Positions 12,701 to 26,025 of a stretch of DNA of 64,000 nt are shown here, piece by piece. The notes under the pieces were generated by a model, which ran no database searches, was not told the origin of the DNA, and was given only the letters and a program-made list of their open reading frames with translations. The DNA lies in assembly GCA_001724265.1 (NCBI GenBank), contig MEDY01000042.1, forward strand, positions 124,001 to 188,000, given 5' to 3'. The stretch comes from Rhizaria sp. SCN 62-66. Lineage: Eukaryota. Numbering within the stretch: the stretch's first letter is position 1; each line of letters starts with the position of its first letter. A program made the position numbers and the translations under genes.

Positions 12701-15700
12701 CAATGTTTTCCGCTCCGGCCCCTGCAGCTTCGCCGTCTCCCGTTGCCCCTGGTCATGTCTCGCCCGCAGTCGCGCCTGTGGTGACCTCAGCAATCTCGCC
12801 GCCTCGCGTTGCCGGAGCTGCGAACCAGGGCGCCGGTGCGGTGTCGCTCCTGCAGCGCTCTCCTGCCCATATGCAACAGCAACAGCAGCAGCTGCAGGGT
12901 GTCTCGTCCGCGCAGCGCGCTCTGTTCCCCGCTGCACCGGCCACAGCGAGCGCGACTGGTTCTGTAGTCACGATTGCGGCGCCGCTGCCCCTGGCTGGCC
13001 CCGCTGCGGCTGCGGCTGCCGGAGCGGTCGGCGGCTCCCCGCCGCTTGTGCCATCGGGCTCGTTCATCGCGATGCGCCAGTCGCCCGCTGTTGCTGCTGC
13101 GGCGGCGCCGAACTCGTTGCAGGTGCCCGGCGTACTGCAGCAGCAGCAGCTACAACAATCGCTGGTTTCTGCGTCGTCGTTCGTCAGCGTGTCTCCCAAC
13201 AACAACGCCGCGGTGAGCAACACTGGTGCTGTTCTGCCGCCGTCCCCGCTCCCGCTGCAGCCGACCAACAACCACAGCAACATGAACTCTGGCGGTGACA
13301 CCAACGCTCCCGCAGTGTTCGGCACGAGTGCCGGCTCCGGCGCTGGCTCCGGCGCTGTAGGCTCGCTTCCACACAACGGCTCCTCAGCGGCGTACACGCT
13401 TTACATGCGCTCGCCGCGTCTCTCCGCTCTCGGCGCTGGTACTGGGATCGTCTCAGTGTCCGGCGCAGCTGCTAGTGAGCCGTTCGTGCTCTCTGGCGGC
13501 GGCTCACTGATGCCGCCGCTGGGCAACGGTCCCGGAATGCCGTCTCTGTCTCCCCTCATCACGGCCACTAGTGCGCTCCCAGCGTTGCCGACGATCACGC
13601 TCAGCGCGACCGGCGCGCTGCCGGGCGCTGTGGCGACCGCAACTGCGGGCGCAGGCGCGAGTGCCGGCGCGATTCAGACTGCTGGCGCGCCGCAGGCGCA
13701 GACGCGTGCGAATGGTCGCAGTATTCTGCAGTCTGCTGGTCCACTAACGACATCTGCGCCTCCGGCTGCGACAATTGCGAATAATAACAACAGCAATGCG
13801 GGTGCAAGCGCAGCTATCCCGATAGCGCGCGCTTCTGTGTTTGGCGGATTCGCACCACAACAGCAACAACAGCAGCAACAGCAGCAACAGCAACAACTAC
13901 AGCAACAGAATCAACACATTGTGGGCACTCCCGGCCAAATTGTTAACTCAAGCCCCGCGCTGACGGCCGCGGGCGGCGTCCCGCCCCGCAGCTACGGCAG
14001 CGCCAGCCACGCGTTCTCGCACACGCAGGGCCAGAGCCAGGGCCACGGCGCCGGCGGCGTCCCGCTGCTGGCGCTGGGCGCTGCGCCCACGGCGCCCGGA
14101 GCCCCCGCGCACAGCCACAGCCACGGCGCGGGCGCTGGCGTTGGGCCCGGCGGCCACAGCGGCGGCCCCAGCGGCGGCGTGATCGGCCTTCCGCTCCCGC
14201 GCGCAGCTTCGAGCTCGCGGCTGGCAAATCAGTACGCCGCTGCTTACTACGCGGCGGCCACGCGCACCGTCTCTGGCGCGGACGCCGTTGCTGCCGCTTC
14301 CGCTGCACTTGCTTCGGTCCAGGCGACGTCATCGTCGACTATGTCTGCCTCTACTGTGCCCGCCCCTGCGGCCGTTGCAGCTGCCGCTGCAGCCGCAGCC
14401 GCTGCAGCGTCCGCCGGCGCTGTGGGCGGACAAGGTGCCGCTGGTGCTGCTGCTGTTGGGCAGGGTCATATCGCATCTGCCCCGAGCGTCGCGTTGTCTG
14501 CATCTGCTTCGAACCAGGCGCGGCCGCGTCACGCCTCGTGCACCGGCACTCCCGGCACGCCCCTGCTTGGCTCCGCGCTGATTCCGACCTCCGCCGCCGC
14601 CGCCGCCGCTGCCGCAACGGCGGCGTCGTCGCCGTTCCTGACGCCTGCCATCGCCCCCGCAGCCGCGCCGCCCGCGCTGGCGATGCTCGGCGCCGCGGCT
14701 GGCGGCATGTATGCGACACTGTCGAACGCGGACGCGGTCAACGCTGCCCGCGCGCTGCGCCGGATCAAGGGCTCAGCGTCGCACACAAATCTCGCTGCTT
14801 TCGCGTCCGCCGCGGGCGCGATTGCGGGCGCGGCCGGCGGCAGACGTGGCGGCGCCGGTGGCGCTGGCGCGGGCAGGCCTCAGCTCAACGGCACGCGTGG
14901 AAACCGCGTGAGCTCATTCGGTGAGGACGATGACTCTACGCCGCCTACGTCAAACGGCATGGCGGCGCAGCAGCTGCGCGGCGCTCTTGGTGGTAGCGTC
15001 AACAGTAACGGCCTTGCGCCCAGTGGGACCCGCAACGCGCGCACTGTCTCTGCGACGAGCGCGACCGGCGTTGAGTCCGCGATGCCTGCGAGCAGCGACA
15101 CTCCCGGCCTCCGTTCACTCGCGACGATTGCGGCGACTGCGGCTGAACGCAGCAGCTCGAGCCATAGTAGCGCGAGTCTGCCGCAAAACGCGTCGCCCGC
15201 GATTCCGCTCTCGCTGCCGACGCTCATGGCGGCGCCGAGCGAGACTGACTCCACTGCCGGCGCTGCGCAGACTCGTGGCAGCCACACCGGGTCTGGTATG
15301 CCCGCGACTACCTCGGTTGGATTCGGAGCTACCACCACTATGCCGCTGTTCAGCCAGGCCAGTGCTATGCAGATGCAGGGTGACAGCGCCTCTGTGCTGT
15401 CATTGTCAGGGGATGCGTTGTTCGCCGGTGATGATGGCAACACCATGCAACATTTCAGTGCTGTTAACGACGGCAACACGGCGCCGATGCTCACTGTCCG
15501 CGATTTTCCCCTGATCACTCTGGGCGCGGGTTCTCTCTTTGCGCCCGGCTGCCCGCCGCTCTCGGCCCCTGTCGATATCGCGTACGCACTCACAAGTCTA
15601 GCGACGCGCCGTGTGCTCACACACTCGCTCACAGGCTCCCGCCGCTCCGCGCGTCGCAGCCGCCGTCGCGCCCGCGCTCAGCAGCAGCGCTCTCTGGACG

Positions 15701-18700
15701 CACACGGCGCCTATTCGGCGCAGGGCGAGGACGACACTGCTGCTGACGCGGTGGCCCCTGTCTTCGGTCTGCGCGAGTGGGGCTCCGCGCTCTCCACGCT
15801 GCCGTCCCTGACGTCATTCCCCGCGCTGTTCGCCGCGCTGGCGCGCTCTATGGAGGAGAGCTCGCTTGCAGCAGGGCCTGGGCTCAGTCTCGCTGCTGCG
15901 TCCGCCGCAACTGCCTCGACAAGCGCCACTGCTAACGCCGCCCCAAGCTTCTTAGACGCGGGGTACTTAGACAGCGGCTACCTGGACGACACTGCTGGCG
16001 CGGGAAGCAGTCGCGCGCACAGCGTGTCCGTGCCGCAGCTGCTCGCGTCGCTCTACGGCACGCTGCCGACTGCGGCGGGCGAGGCTGGCGCTCCGGTGAC
16101 TGTGCCTGTTGCGACCGCGAGCACGCTGCCGCCTGTGGGCGCGCTCTGCAGTGGCCTCGCGCGCCGTCGTCGTAACAAGAACCGGGCTCGACTGCATCCT
16201 TTATCTCCTGTGATCAATACTCCCAACGGAGACGGGAGCAACACTGGCGCGGTCGATGACGAAGGACAAGTGACTGTGATGCATTACCGCCTCACACTCC
16301 CAGTGCCTGCGACGTTTGTCCCCGCTTACACCCAGTCTCAGCAGCAGCAGCCGTATTACCAACAGCAACAACAGCAGCAGCAGCAGAGTGACTCAACTGC
16401 GACCTCAGCGTACGCATCGCGACCCTACTACCCGCGCACTCGTTCCGATGTCAGTCTTGTGATCTCACCCAGCAGCAACAACATTGCTGCCGTTGACATC
16501 ACGACTGCCGACCACGACGTCGACAACGAGGTGCCCATCGGCAGCAGTGATACGCAGTCAACGGTGAGTCTTAGCGGCTTTGCCGAACACCCGCGGACGC
16601 CCGGTGCTGCCGGCCTGTCGCCGTCGTCGCTCAGTGCCGCTGGCAGTGGCTCCGGCTCTGCCTCGAGCAGCAGCAACGCTAGGCAGCAACAGCAGCAACA
16701 GCAACAGCTGCCTACTTCCCCGGTTCGTCAGTCGAGCGTCACCGGCATTGTTCCCGCTCTCAACACCGCCGCTGCGGACGCAAACGCCGGTGTGAGTGAT
16801 GGCGTCACTGACGTGCGTGCCCGCGCAGTCTCTCTCAGCAACAGCTCGCCGCCGCCCACGCAGCTCATCGTCGGTAGCGCGACTGGAAGCTCCGCCGTTC
16901 ACAGTCATGCGTACGCCCTCGCGCCGAGCCCGAGAAACTCTGCAGCCACTGCCTCGAGTGCAGCTGGGGCGCCGACTGGGACCGCGGCTTTCCCGCCCAC
17001 AGCGTTCCCGCCGACAACGACTCTCGCAGGGCCGGGGCCGGGGCCGCACAACACGTCGCTCGCGTCGTCCCACCAGCTGCCGCCGCGCCGCACGACCAGC
17101 ACCGGCAACTCGGCCCCGGTCCCGACCGTGGTCGCAGGCTCCGGTGCGGTGAGCCTCGCGTCCGGCACGATGCCTATGGTGCCTGGCGCCTACTACAGCT
17201 CGCTGCCGCCGGCGATGCCGCAGACGGCGGAGCTGCGCAGTGCGCTGCGGCTCGCTAAGCGCATGGCAGCGGCGCAGCAGGCTGCGACCAACGCGAGCAA
17301 CGCAGGCGTCGTCGCTGCAGCTGTTGTTGCCGCCGGCGCAGGGGGCTCGAACACGATCACTGTCAGCAACTTCGGCGGCGCTAGTGGCACCAAGACCGGA
17401 AGCACGCTGCTGTCTCCCGCAGCGCCGACGGGCCCTGAGCAGCCGCACCTGCTGTCTCTGTTCCGCCCGCCCGGCAGCACCGGCACCGAGTCCCCAGTCC
17501 CCGGCAACGCCGCGCCCGCTGCCTTGGCCGCGGACGCTTCGGTCGTCCGCGCCGACCCGCTGCCGCCGCTGCCGCACCCGCATAGCCAGCAGGCGCCGCC
17601 GCTGTACTCCCAGCAGCCGCCGCAGCAGCAGCTGCAGCAGCGGTCGCGCGCAGTCGCCATGGCCCGCGGCGCCGGTGCCGGCGGCGGCGCTGCGGCCGCA
17701 CTGCTGGGCCGCGGCGGGATGCAGCACGCGCGCTCGGTCGGCACCGGGCTCAACACGCTGCACACCACAACGAGCAACAGCAACGCGAGCAACGTTGAGA
17801 GCGCGAACATAGCTACTGTGACCTCTTTCGGTGCGCTGGGCCGCGGCCCGTCCCCTGTGTTGCCCGTGCCGCTGCCAGCGTTCACGGCTCTGCCCCTCGG
17901 CGGGCCCTCGCTTTCGCTCCGCACGGTGCCGTCTCTGTCGGTCATAGCGGTCTCGCCCGCGCCCTCGGCCCGCTCCACGATGTCGGCGGCGGCGACCGTG
18001 GTGCCGCAAGGCAGCGCTATCGGCCATCATCACTACCAGCATCAGCAGCAGAGGCCGCTGACGACGACCGCGACCTCCGCCGCTGCTGTTGCGCTCGCGG
18101 GCGGCAGTGCGGCCGCGGCTGCGTCATCGGCGCTTGCTGCTGCCGCTGCGGCGGCGGGCGCGCGCTTCACTCACGCCGCGTACACTGGTGCGTACAGCCA
18201 AGCCGACAGTCAGGCGTACAGCCACGAACATGCGTCGCAATACAGCAACGGTGACGCCCCCACGCTCGAGGCTGTTGCCGGCGCCGCGTACGACGGCAAC
18301 GGCTCGCCCACCGCCTCAGTCGCCGCCACGGCCACTGTTGACGCTATCACCGGTATCGCAACTGTCGTCGACGCGAGTGCGGCCTCTCTAGCGGGCCCCG
18401 CTGCTGGCGCTGCGCTAACAGTCATCTCCCAGCCGTATCTGTCGCTGATGCCGGCGCTGCTGGAGTTCACAGTCACGCGTCCCGCGCCGCCCGCGCGCGT
18501 GTTCTTTGAAGACGCACTCATCGCGCACTTGGGCGAGTTCCTGATGCGCAACGGACACACTGTGCTGCGCGCGTATGTCCTCAAGTTCCTGTCGCTGCGC
18601 GCTTTACTGGCGGCCTCCGAGAGGGACAGCAAAGTCGACTTTGCCACGATCCGTGCTGGTGCCAAGCAAGTTGTCGCTATGCTCATCGGTGCCGATGTCG

Positions 18701-21588
18701 CGACGCCGCATACACCGGGCGTTGCTAACGTTAGCGCGAGTTTTTCGGGTGGCGCTAACACTGCGCTGGCGCTGCGTTCTGGCCTGTCCGGCGTTGCGTC
18801 TGCGTACATCGCTGTGCCGCTGCCGCCCGCACTTCCCGAGGGTCTTTCCGGCATGCTTGTGCACACTAGCGCGAATGCAGGCGCAAGCGCGGCCGTTTCT
18901 GCTGACTCTGGCGCCGCACGAGCTGGCCTGGGCTCTCTGCCTGACATTCTTGACGCTGGCGTCAACGGCACGCTTATCTGCCGTGGTGAGCTGCCTCCGA
19001 TTACGCAGATTAACTCCGATTTCTCAGTCCATGCTTGGGCGAACGGCGTGCAGAAAGAAGAGCTCATGTTCACATTTGCGCTGCAGTCGACCGATTTTTT
19101 GACTGATATCGTCGACTTCTATAATACTGCGACTGCGAGTGCGAGAGCCGGTGGGAATGGCAGCAGCACGGATCCTGACAGTCCTGACTCGGAGAATGAC
19201 GACGACTACGACTCTGGCTGTGTTGGCGCGGGTAGCGACTACACTGACGGAAGTGATGACAGCGACTTCGACTCCGAGTTAAGTGACACTGATGACGATT
19301 CCGACATTGATGCCGTCTCACCTAAGCCAGCGCGCCTCAGCAGTAAGCAGAGCAAGACGAGTAATACTGCTTCCGAGGGCCAGTCCCGCATGACCCCGTT
19401 GCGTTCGACTACAAACAGCGCCGCGACTGAAAACACCCAGGTGCTCACAGTCACCCCGGCGAATGCTCGCTCGACGCAACACATCACAAGCCGCAACGCG
19501 AACATGTCCAGCACTGCGAGCAACGCCGGCAGCATCGTGTCCTCATCCTCATCGTCATCGTCCGCTCACGCTGGCGGCAACGCGAGCGGCAGCGTGGTTG
19601 TGTCGGTCGCCTCGGGCTGGGCAGGCACCCGCGGTCCCCGAGCCGCGGTGACTGTCGGCCACACAGGGGCCCCTGTCACCACCGTTAGCACTCCGCTGCG
19701 GTCCAACGCGCTCAACAACCCTGCTGCCGCCGCGGCCGCCGCTGCCGCTGCCGCCGAGGCCGCGGCCGCCGCGGCCGCCGCCGCAGCCGCTGCCGAGTCC
19801 ACTGGCCCCGGCGCCGGCACTGTGTCGCTGCACCATATCTCACAGCAAGTGCGTGATTTCATCGTCGAGCAACGCCACGCGCGCTACATCCGCCACTTGG
19901 AGCGCGAGGAGAACACCAATCTCCCATCGGCTAGCAATGCCGCGAACCGCGCGGGCGGCGGCGGCGCAGGCACTGGCGGACTCTTTGGCTCAGCCGGCTC
20001 ATTCCCCTTCTCTGCCTTCGGCGGCGGTGGCGGCACGACTAGCGGCGGCGCCCGCACCCCAGGCGGTGGCGCGACCGACGTTCATAGCGATGACAGCGTT
20101 GACGACCCCACCGGCGCCGGCGCCAGTGCCAGCGGCGGCGGCGCGCACGCGCGGTCAGCAGCGCGGGGGCGGTCCCAGCAGGCGGCGCGCCGCGACGGGA
20201 GCGGCGCGGGGTCCGCGGTCAACAGCAGCGGCGTGACGACCCCGGTCGAGGACGCGTCCTCCGACGCGGCCGCGCGCAGCCTCGCGCACGGCAAGCACGG
20301 CGACGTTGGCGCCGCCGGCGGCGGCCGCAGGCGCGGGCACGGCGGGCGCGCCATCACCCCCGCGGCGGCGGCGCTGGCAGCGGCTCAGGGGGGATCTGCG
20401 CTGTCGCCTCTGTCGACGGCGCTGACCGGCGGCTACGGCTCTTCTAGCGGCAGCAGGAGCGCCGCCGGGTGGAGTCTCGGGGAGCTGCAGCAGCTTGACC
20501 ACCGCGGTACTGCCTACGCGCTTTCGTTGCCCGCTAACGCCCGCTGCGGCCGGCTCCGGCTGCTGCCACCGGTGTTCGCGCAGAACTACTCGCTGCTGAC
20601 GCTGTTCAACAACAGCAGCAACGGCAACAGCAGCAACGGGCGCATCGCCGGCGAGTTCTCTGGCGGTGGCGAGGCGCTGTATCTCTCCGCGTCTGCGCTG
20701 ACGCACCCGCTGCTGCGCGTGCCGCTGTCTCTGCTGTCGTCTGTCACGCTGCCGGTACCCCCGGCATACCCCGTGTTTGCGCCAGAGCAACTGCAGATGA
20801 TGCGCAAGAGGCGCGCGCAGTCGTTTGCACTCACGTTCGGTGCCAGTAGTAACCACGACGGCGCGGGTGTGAATCAGGAGCAGGAGCAGCAACGCCGTCG
20901 TCGTCGCCGCCAGTCTCGCCGTCGTGGTGCTGCGGATAACTGCCGTGCGACCGAGTCTAAGAGCAAGGGCACGGAGACTCTCACCGCAAGTGAGAGTGAC
21001 AAGATTGCAGCAGAGCAGCAACAACAACAGCAGCAGCAGGAGCCGCAGTTGGTGACAAGGCGCCGCGTCGCGCCCGCTCTGTGCTCTCTGTGCCAGGAGA
21101 AGATCACCGGTCTAGCGTTTTCCTGTCTCTCATGCCTCCATGTCACGCACGTGCACTGCGCTGCAGGCTGGTTCGCGGCCCCCGCGCTCGCCCACAGTCG
21201 CTCACTGCCTGGTGCGGGCAAGGGCGGCGCTCAAGGTCAGTGCGATGCGGAGGACAGCGCGTGGTGGGGGGCGACTGTGGGCACCACGCCTGCTCACGGT
21301 CACTCTACTCACAGTCACCACGACGACTGCGGCCACAGCGCAGCAACGGTGGCGATCGACGCGTACAGCGGACCGCTGGAGCTGCCCACAGTCACCGCGG
21401 CGGCCGTCACAGGCGCCGTACGCAGTGAGATGCTGACCAGTCTCAGTGAGTTCACACGGCTTGCGCAGAGCAGTGGATACTGCGGACTGGGGGCAGCGCC
21501 GCCCAGCGAGGTTGTGCTGGATGAGAACGCAATGTGCCCTGCTGGGTGTCTCTGCAACTGCGTGTTCGAGCAGACGATGTTCGCGTAA
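726..21588 (+). CDS. WDR59: Giant (~6,950 aa) WDR59/Sea3/Mtc5-like GATOR2/SEACAT subunit, apparently intronless; needs a +1 frame correction at ~7953 and read-through of TAG 8347-8349
   Basis: Joins ORFs 570..8009, 7942..8349 and 8377..21588. Recognised motifs: RWD-like segment (LLRLLIHCPSSHPLAPPQL), CPHMCGISWGPNGQLVFF, PLQQFGMSLARSLLRDQ...TMAAFIAMLF, and a C-terminal Zn/RING CSLCQEKITGLAFSCLSCLHVTHVHC...WF...CPAGCLCNC. Ends TAA. Start placed at MYSAYG (726); an in-frame ATG at 570 is an alternative. Confidence 0.7.
8347..8349 (+). other. In-frame TAG inside the WDR59-like CDS (AAAAAA*VAAAPAR)
   Basis: GCG GCC TAG GTC GCT; the same frame is open from 7942 and for about 4,400 codons afterwards. 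Confidence 0.75.
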
Positions 21589-22631
21589 ACGCAGTGTCGC
21601 AATGTTGACGATGTAACCACAGCTTGTTATGAGTAACGGCTGGGGATTTAAATGACGTCTCAGTGCGTATAATGTAAAATTCAAGCGTTAAATTAGTATA
21701 ATACATATGACTCTATTTCTTACTCTATTGTTATTTCACGTCGTATGGCTTCCTCAACATTAGTGTTGACAAAGAGTAGATTGTGATATTTTCCCTTGAG
21801 AACTCGCCAATACAGGGAGGCAACATGTGCGACTAAGCAGACATCCTTCAGATATAACATATAGCACTTCCTTATACAAACCATATCATCGGACTGACTC
21901 GGCTATCGTGCATTGGGATTGTCATCATGCGACACATGTTGCTTGACGTATGCTTTCACCGGACGGCCCACTACCAGATTTGGGAGTTTCAAAGGGCAAT
22001 ACAGACATTTGTCAAACCTACGCCGTTACGCCCATACACAATAGCACATATTGCACATCATATTTCGCCATATTCTGTTGGAACCTGGGCTAGTCGGATA
22101 TCTAGACGTGTTTCGCGACTCCATATTTGAATCTTCGAGCACAGAAAACGAACATGACACAAATAGGTCCCAGGACACCTTTCCGGAAAGCGTTAGTAAT
22201 ATAATTAAAGTGGCAAATATTACAGAGCTTTGTGTATCATCTAAGCAACACCTAATTGTATAATGACGAATAGAGGTGGCGCATATGCAGCGTAAAGTTG
22301 GGTTCGCGATTGGTTCCCGTGCTCACAGTCACCCCTTAGACGACTGGGTTTTGACCGAGCCAACTGCTCAAGCCCACGAGAGTGTAACGGCTCAGCCGAC
22401 TTCTGATATACCTCTCTTGTGCCTCACACGTCCAATGGTTTAAACTGTAGTTGATTTGCGTTATTAATTACGCATTGCTTGCTTCTGATCATTTTTTCGT
22501 TTTCCTTGAGGCTGCCATTTGCGCTTCTTATTTTCAAACTCGACGAGCGTCCGAGTCGTTCCTTTCCTCTGCTCTCGCCTCACCTTAAATCCTTTGCCTT
22601 GCCTTCCAACCCCACCCAGAAACCACTCAAC

Positions 22632-23165
22632 ATGTCTGAGATGCGCCGTGCCGTTATTAAGAACGCGGATATGTCCGACGAGATGCAGCAGGATGCTGTT
22701 GACGTCGCCACCGCGGCCCTCGTACGTCGCGCCCTCAACTCGCGCCTCGCGCCAATCACTTTTCGTCTGTCCATCACTCCGTTCTATCGCACAATCGTTT
22801 CATGACACCCTTAGCTCACTTTCCAAATGTTTTCCTACTTGCTATCTATCATCTTTGTTCACTTTAGGGCAAGTACGGCCTCGAGAAGGACGTCGCTGCC
22901 TACATCAAGAAGGAGTTCGACCAGAAGTACAACCCCACCTGGCACTGCATCGTACGTCTTCTTTCGTTCCTCCCAACAACACCCACCAACCACCATTCAA
23001 CTGTGTTAACGTGTTTCTCACTTCTATCTTCTTGTTTGTTGACGTTTTGATCTTGCTCACCCACAGGTTGGCAAGAGCTTCGGCTCCTTCGTGACCCACG
23101 AGACGAAGCACTTCATCTACTTCTACCTCGGCCAGGTCGCCATCCTCCTCTTCAAGTCCGGTTAA
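22632..23165 (+). CDS. DYNLL: Dynein light chain LC8, 90 aa; exons 22632-22721, 22868-22951, 23067-23165
   Basis: Spliced product [90 protein letters not shown] is a typical LC8. Two phase-0 GTACGT...AG introns; ends TAA. Confidence 0.98.
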
Positions 23166-24063
23166 TTTCGACACTCAAACAACGCTCTAGTCGCGCAACG
23201 CCCCGTGCTACACACCTAGGCTTGCGTCACTTGACGTAATCGTTCGAACTGGAGTTGCGACGTGGTGTAATCTGTAGCGGCTGATTGGCTGACTGTGTAT
23301 TGTTCTCAGTCAATATCAACCGTTTCCGTGATCGCATTGGCTCTACAGGACGCAAATGTGTAGCAACACGATTCTTTTGTCTTGTTGACGTGTGCGTCTT
23401 TTTGTTGCTGTACTGAAGAGAAAAATGGGGGTTGACCCTCCGAAGGATGTCTACATTAGCAGGCGAGGTGGCACTTGTCTCACAACGATTTGGCACTTTC
23501 ATTCCATATGTATCTCACATGTGTGTTGATCTGTCAGTTTCGCTTTGTGTTATGTGTTATCAAGTCTAAAATCTAACGTGTTGCTGCCCAATATACCAAG
23601 AAACAACGCAAACAAGCTGTCTTCACTGCTGCTTACTCCAGCGTTGCTGCTGCTGTAACAAGGCTTTGAGTCGTGTTTGTCTGTGAGCGAGCAACTCAAA
23701 CGATATAAAAAAAATATACACAATCTATTTTCATATCACTCGCTTTCATGCCATTATTGTATTCGGCTTTCATACCATTATTTACTTTTGTATTCGTGGG
23801 AGTTTTCATTCGCAACAGTAAATGTCGGCCCTTATGACTTGCCACATTACATAACGAGATATTGTTGTTATGCTCAGAATCTTACTATGAACATTTCTCT
23901 ATACTCGTATTCACATATGTGTCTGAAGCAATACACCTATGCGGTGATTGTTGCGATCCCTTGTCACTGGCCACACTGCTTCAACATCAACACATCGCAA
24001 GATACGTTCCAGACAGCAAGGTTCACTGCCTTTGTGCTGGCTGTGTCACGAAAGTCAGTTCAC

Positions 24064-25554
24064 TCACTTGCTGACGCCGTTGCTGACACTCGCTGCAGCA
24101 AACGCCTTCTCGAGCCTCTCGTGGTACTCCGTGATGGACTGCTCCATTTGTGCACACCGGGCCTTGAGCGCTGTCACGAGTTCTTTGTGTTCCCGGTCGG
24201 CTAGCTGGATCTCGCGGGAGAGAGCCTCGCACGCGTGCAGCGTTTCGGCGACCTGAACTTCGTCGCGGCGCGTCTCCTCAAGCAGCTCGGTGCGCATGCG
24301 AGTCATCTGCGGGGCAGCAAACAAAAGAGGGCAACAAGCACAATAATTGATATCAAAGATAAACGATGTGAGATAATAGACTTAACACATTAATAGAAAA
24401 CAGAGCAAGACATATATTAAGGACATTGCTCTTTTACGTACGGCTTCTATATCGTTCTGGATGCGGAGCTTCTTCTTCTCGAAGCTCTCGGCCGCGTCTC
24501 CAGCGTTGGTATCAGCCGCGCCAAGCTCCTTGGTCACCTTCAGCGCTTCCTTATCAGCCAGTTCCGCGGCCAAGTCGAGTTCAGCAATGCGCGCGCGCGC
24601 CTCGTCGATCATCTTCTCGTAGTTCTGCAGCCGCTCAACGTCGCCGGCGCACTTGCGTGCGCGGTCCGTGCACTGCCGCAGCCGCTTGCTGACCTCTGCG
24701 AGAGCGGTGTTCTTGGACGCGAACTCGGTCAGCTCAGTACTGAGCTGCGCAAGCTCTTGGTTCGACCGCGCAATCTTGACCTCGTAGCCCTTCATTTCGG
24801 CCTGGAGTTTCTCGGGGGACGACACGATCTGCGACTGCAGGAATTGGTGCTCATCCGTCTTAGCCTTGACGTCAGCTTTGAGCTGGCGCATCTCGTTCTT
24901 GCTGGCTTCGACACGCTTGTTCAGCCCGTCGGCCTCGTCGCGGAGCTCGTTACTGCGCTGCTCGAGCGCCTTGACCGTGCGCCGCAGCGAGTCGACCTCT
25001 TTGGATAAGGCGGCCTTGGCGGGCTCCTCCTGCTCACGGTCACGCTTGGCCGCGGCGAGCTCGCTCTCTGCCTTGGCGACCTGAGCGTCGACCTCGGCCT
25101 TGCGCTGGGTGAGCTGGTTGACCTCGCGCATCGCCTCGTCGTAGAGGATGATGTGCTCGTCGTGGAACTTGGCGTAGTTGATCACGCCGCTGATGTTGCG
25201 GATGACGCGCTTGCTGGTTGGCGTGGTCAGGTCGGAGAAGTTGAAGTCGAGGACGCCCACGCTCTTCATCAAGTGAATGATCAGCTTGACGGTGCTAAAC
25301 TGCTCGGAGACGTTCTCAAGGTGGTCGCGCGAGTCGCCCGCGGCAGAGCGTAAAGATGCGGCGCCGGAGTTGGCCGCGAAGTCACTGCGGGTAACGACAA
25401 GCACTTCAGTCAAGCGCTCGTAGATGGGGACGATGGTCGCGTCCGTGGGCTGCATGAGCATCTCGCGCGTGCAGTCAATCTCCATCGTCTGCAGGCACGC
25501 AATAATCTCGTCGATTGACATGATCGGGAAGCCCCAAGGGTTCTCTTTGTTCAT
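24064..25554 (-). CDS. NUF2: Kinetochore protein Nuf2 (NDC80 complex), ~451 aa; exons 25554-24442, 24306-24064
   Basis: N-terminal CH-domain motifs FPIMSIDEIIACL and GVLDFNFSDLTTPTSKRVIRNISGVINYAKF, followed by a long coiled coil. Intron 24441-24307 is GTACGT...CAG; ends TGA. Confidence 0.9.
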
Positions 25555-26025
25555 GGGGCGAGACACTACGGGGACAGGAGCAAAGTGGAGCGAAGTGGGA
25601 CGATGCGGGATGAAACGGTAAGGTCGGGAACGAAAGAGTTTGTGCGTTTTAGAAAGTGTTATATTATTATAAGATATTATATAGAGGGAAATGCTACCCT
25701 ATATTGCCATAATTCAATTTGACGGTCATGTGACGGCGTGGTGGAGTGTTTTGTTCGAGGGCAAAGACAGGCTTTGCCAACGGTCAAAAAGTTGGCCCAA
25801 CCCTGCCCGCCCAAAGGCTGTTCGTGGCCACCAAAGTTCACAATGTAATATACGACATCCCGACCGTTACACATCATTTTGTAGGTATATCCATATTCAC
25901 TCACTCACACGATTTACACTCTGTTTATAACACATCTTGTATAGTCGATATACCTTTCATTATCTTCTGTTTTCCGTCACGTCATTGCCCCTCTCCCAGC
26001 CTTTGCGCTGTGATCGCGCTGCTCG
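25555..26025. promoter_or_regulatory. Putative bidirectional promoter NUF2/XPG with six Myb/MSA-like (A/G)ACGG cores
   Basis: AACGG 25614, TTGACGG 25719, TGACGG 25731, TTTGCCAACGGT 25773, CCGTTAC 25864 and CCGTCA 25974 in a 471-bp divergent spacer. Confidence 0.5.

Noticed and set aside
13858-13908. CAG/CAA, GCC/GCA, GAC/GAT and AAC trinucleotide runs throughout the exons, and a TACATG repeat at ~33025
   Set aside because: Ordinary microsatellites encoding homopolymer tracts; not CRISPR arrays, telomeric repeats or mobile elements.
737-21684. Hundreds of overlapping antisense and alternative-frame ORFs in the ORF track
   Set aside because: Expected shadows of GC-rich, GCN-repeat coding sequence; Arg/Cys-rich with no recognisable domains.
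22270-22330. tRNA-like fragments (TGGCGCA...GGTTCG) upstream of LC8; also GGTTCGAA at ~49571
   Set aside because: No cloverleaf or proper B box could be built. I found no tRNA, including a CUA suppressor, in this window.
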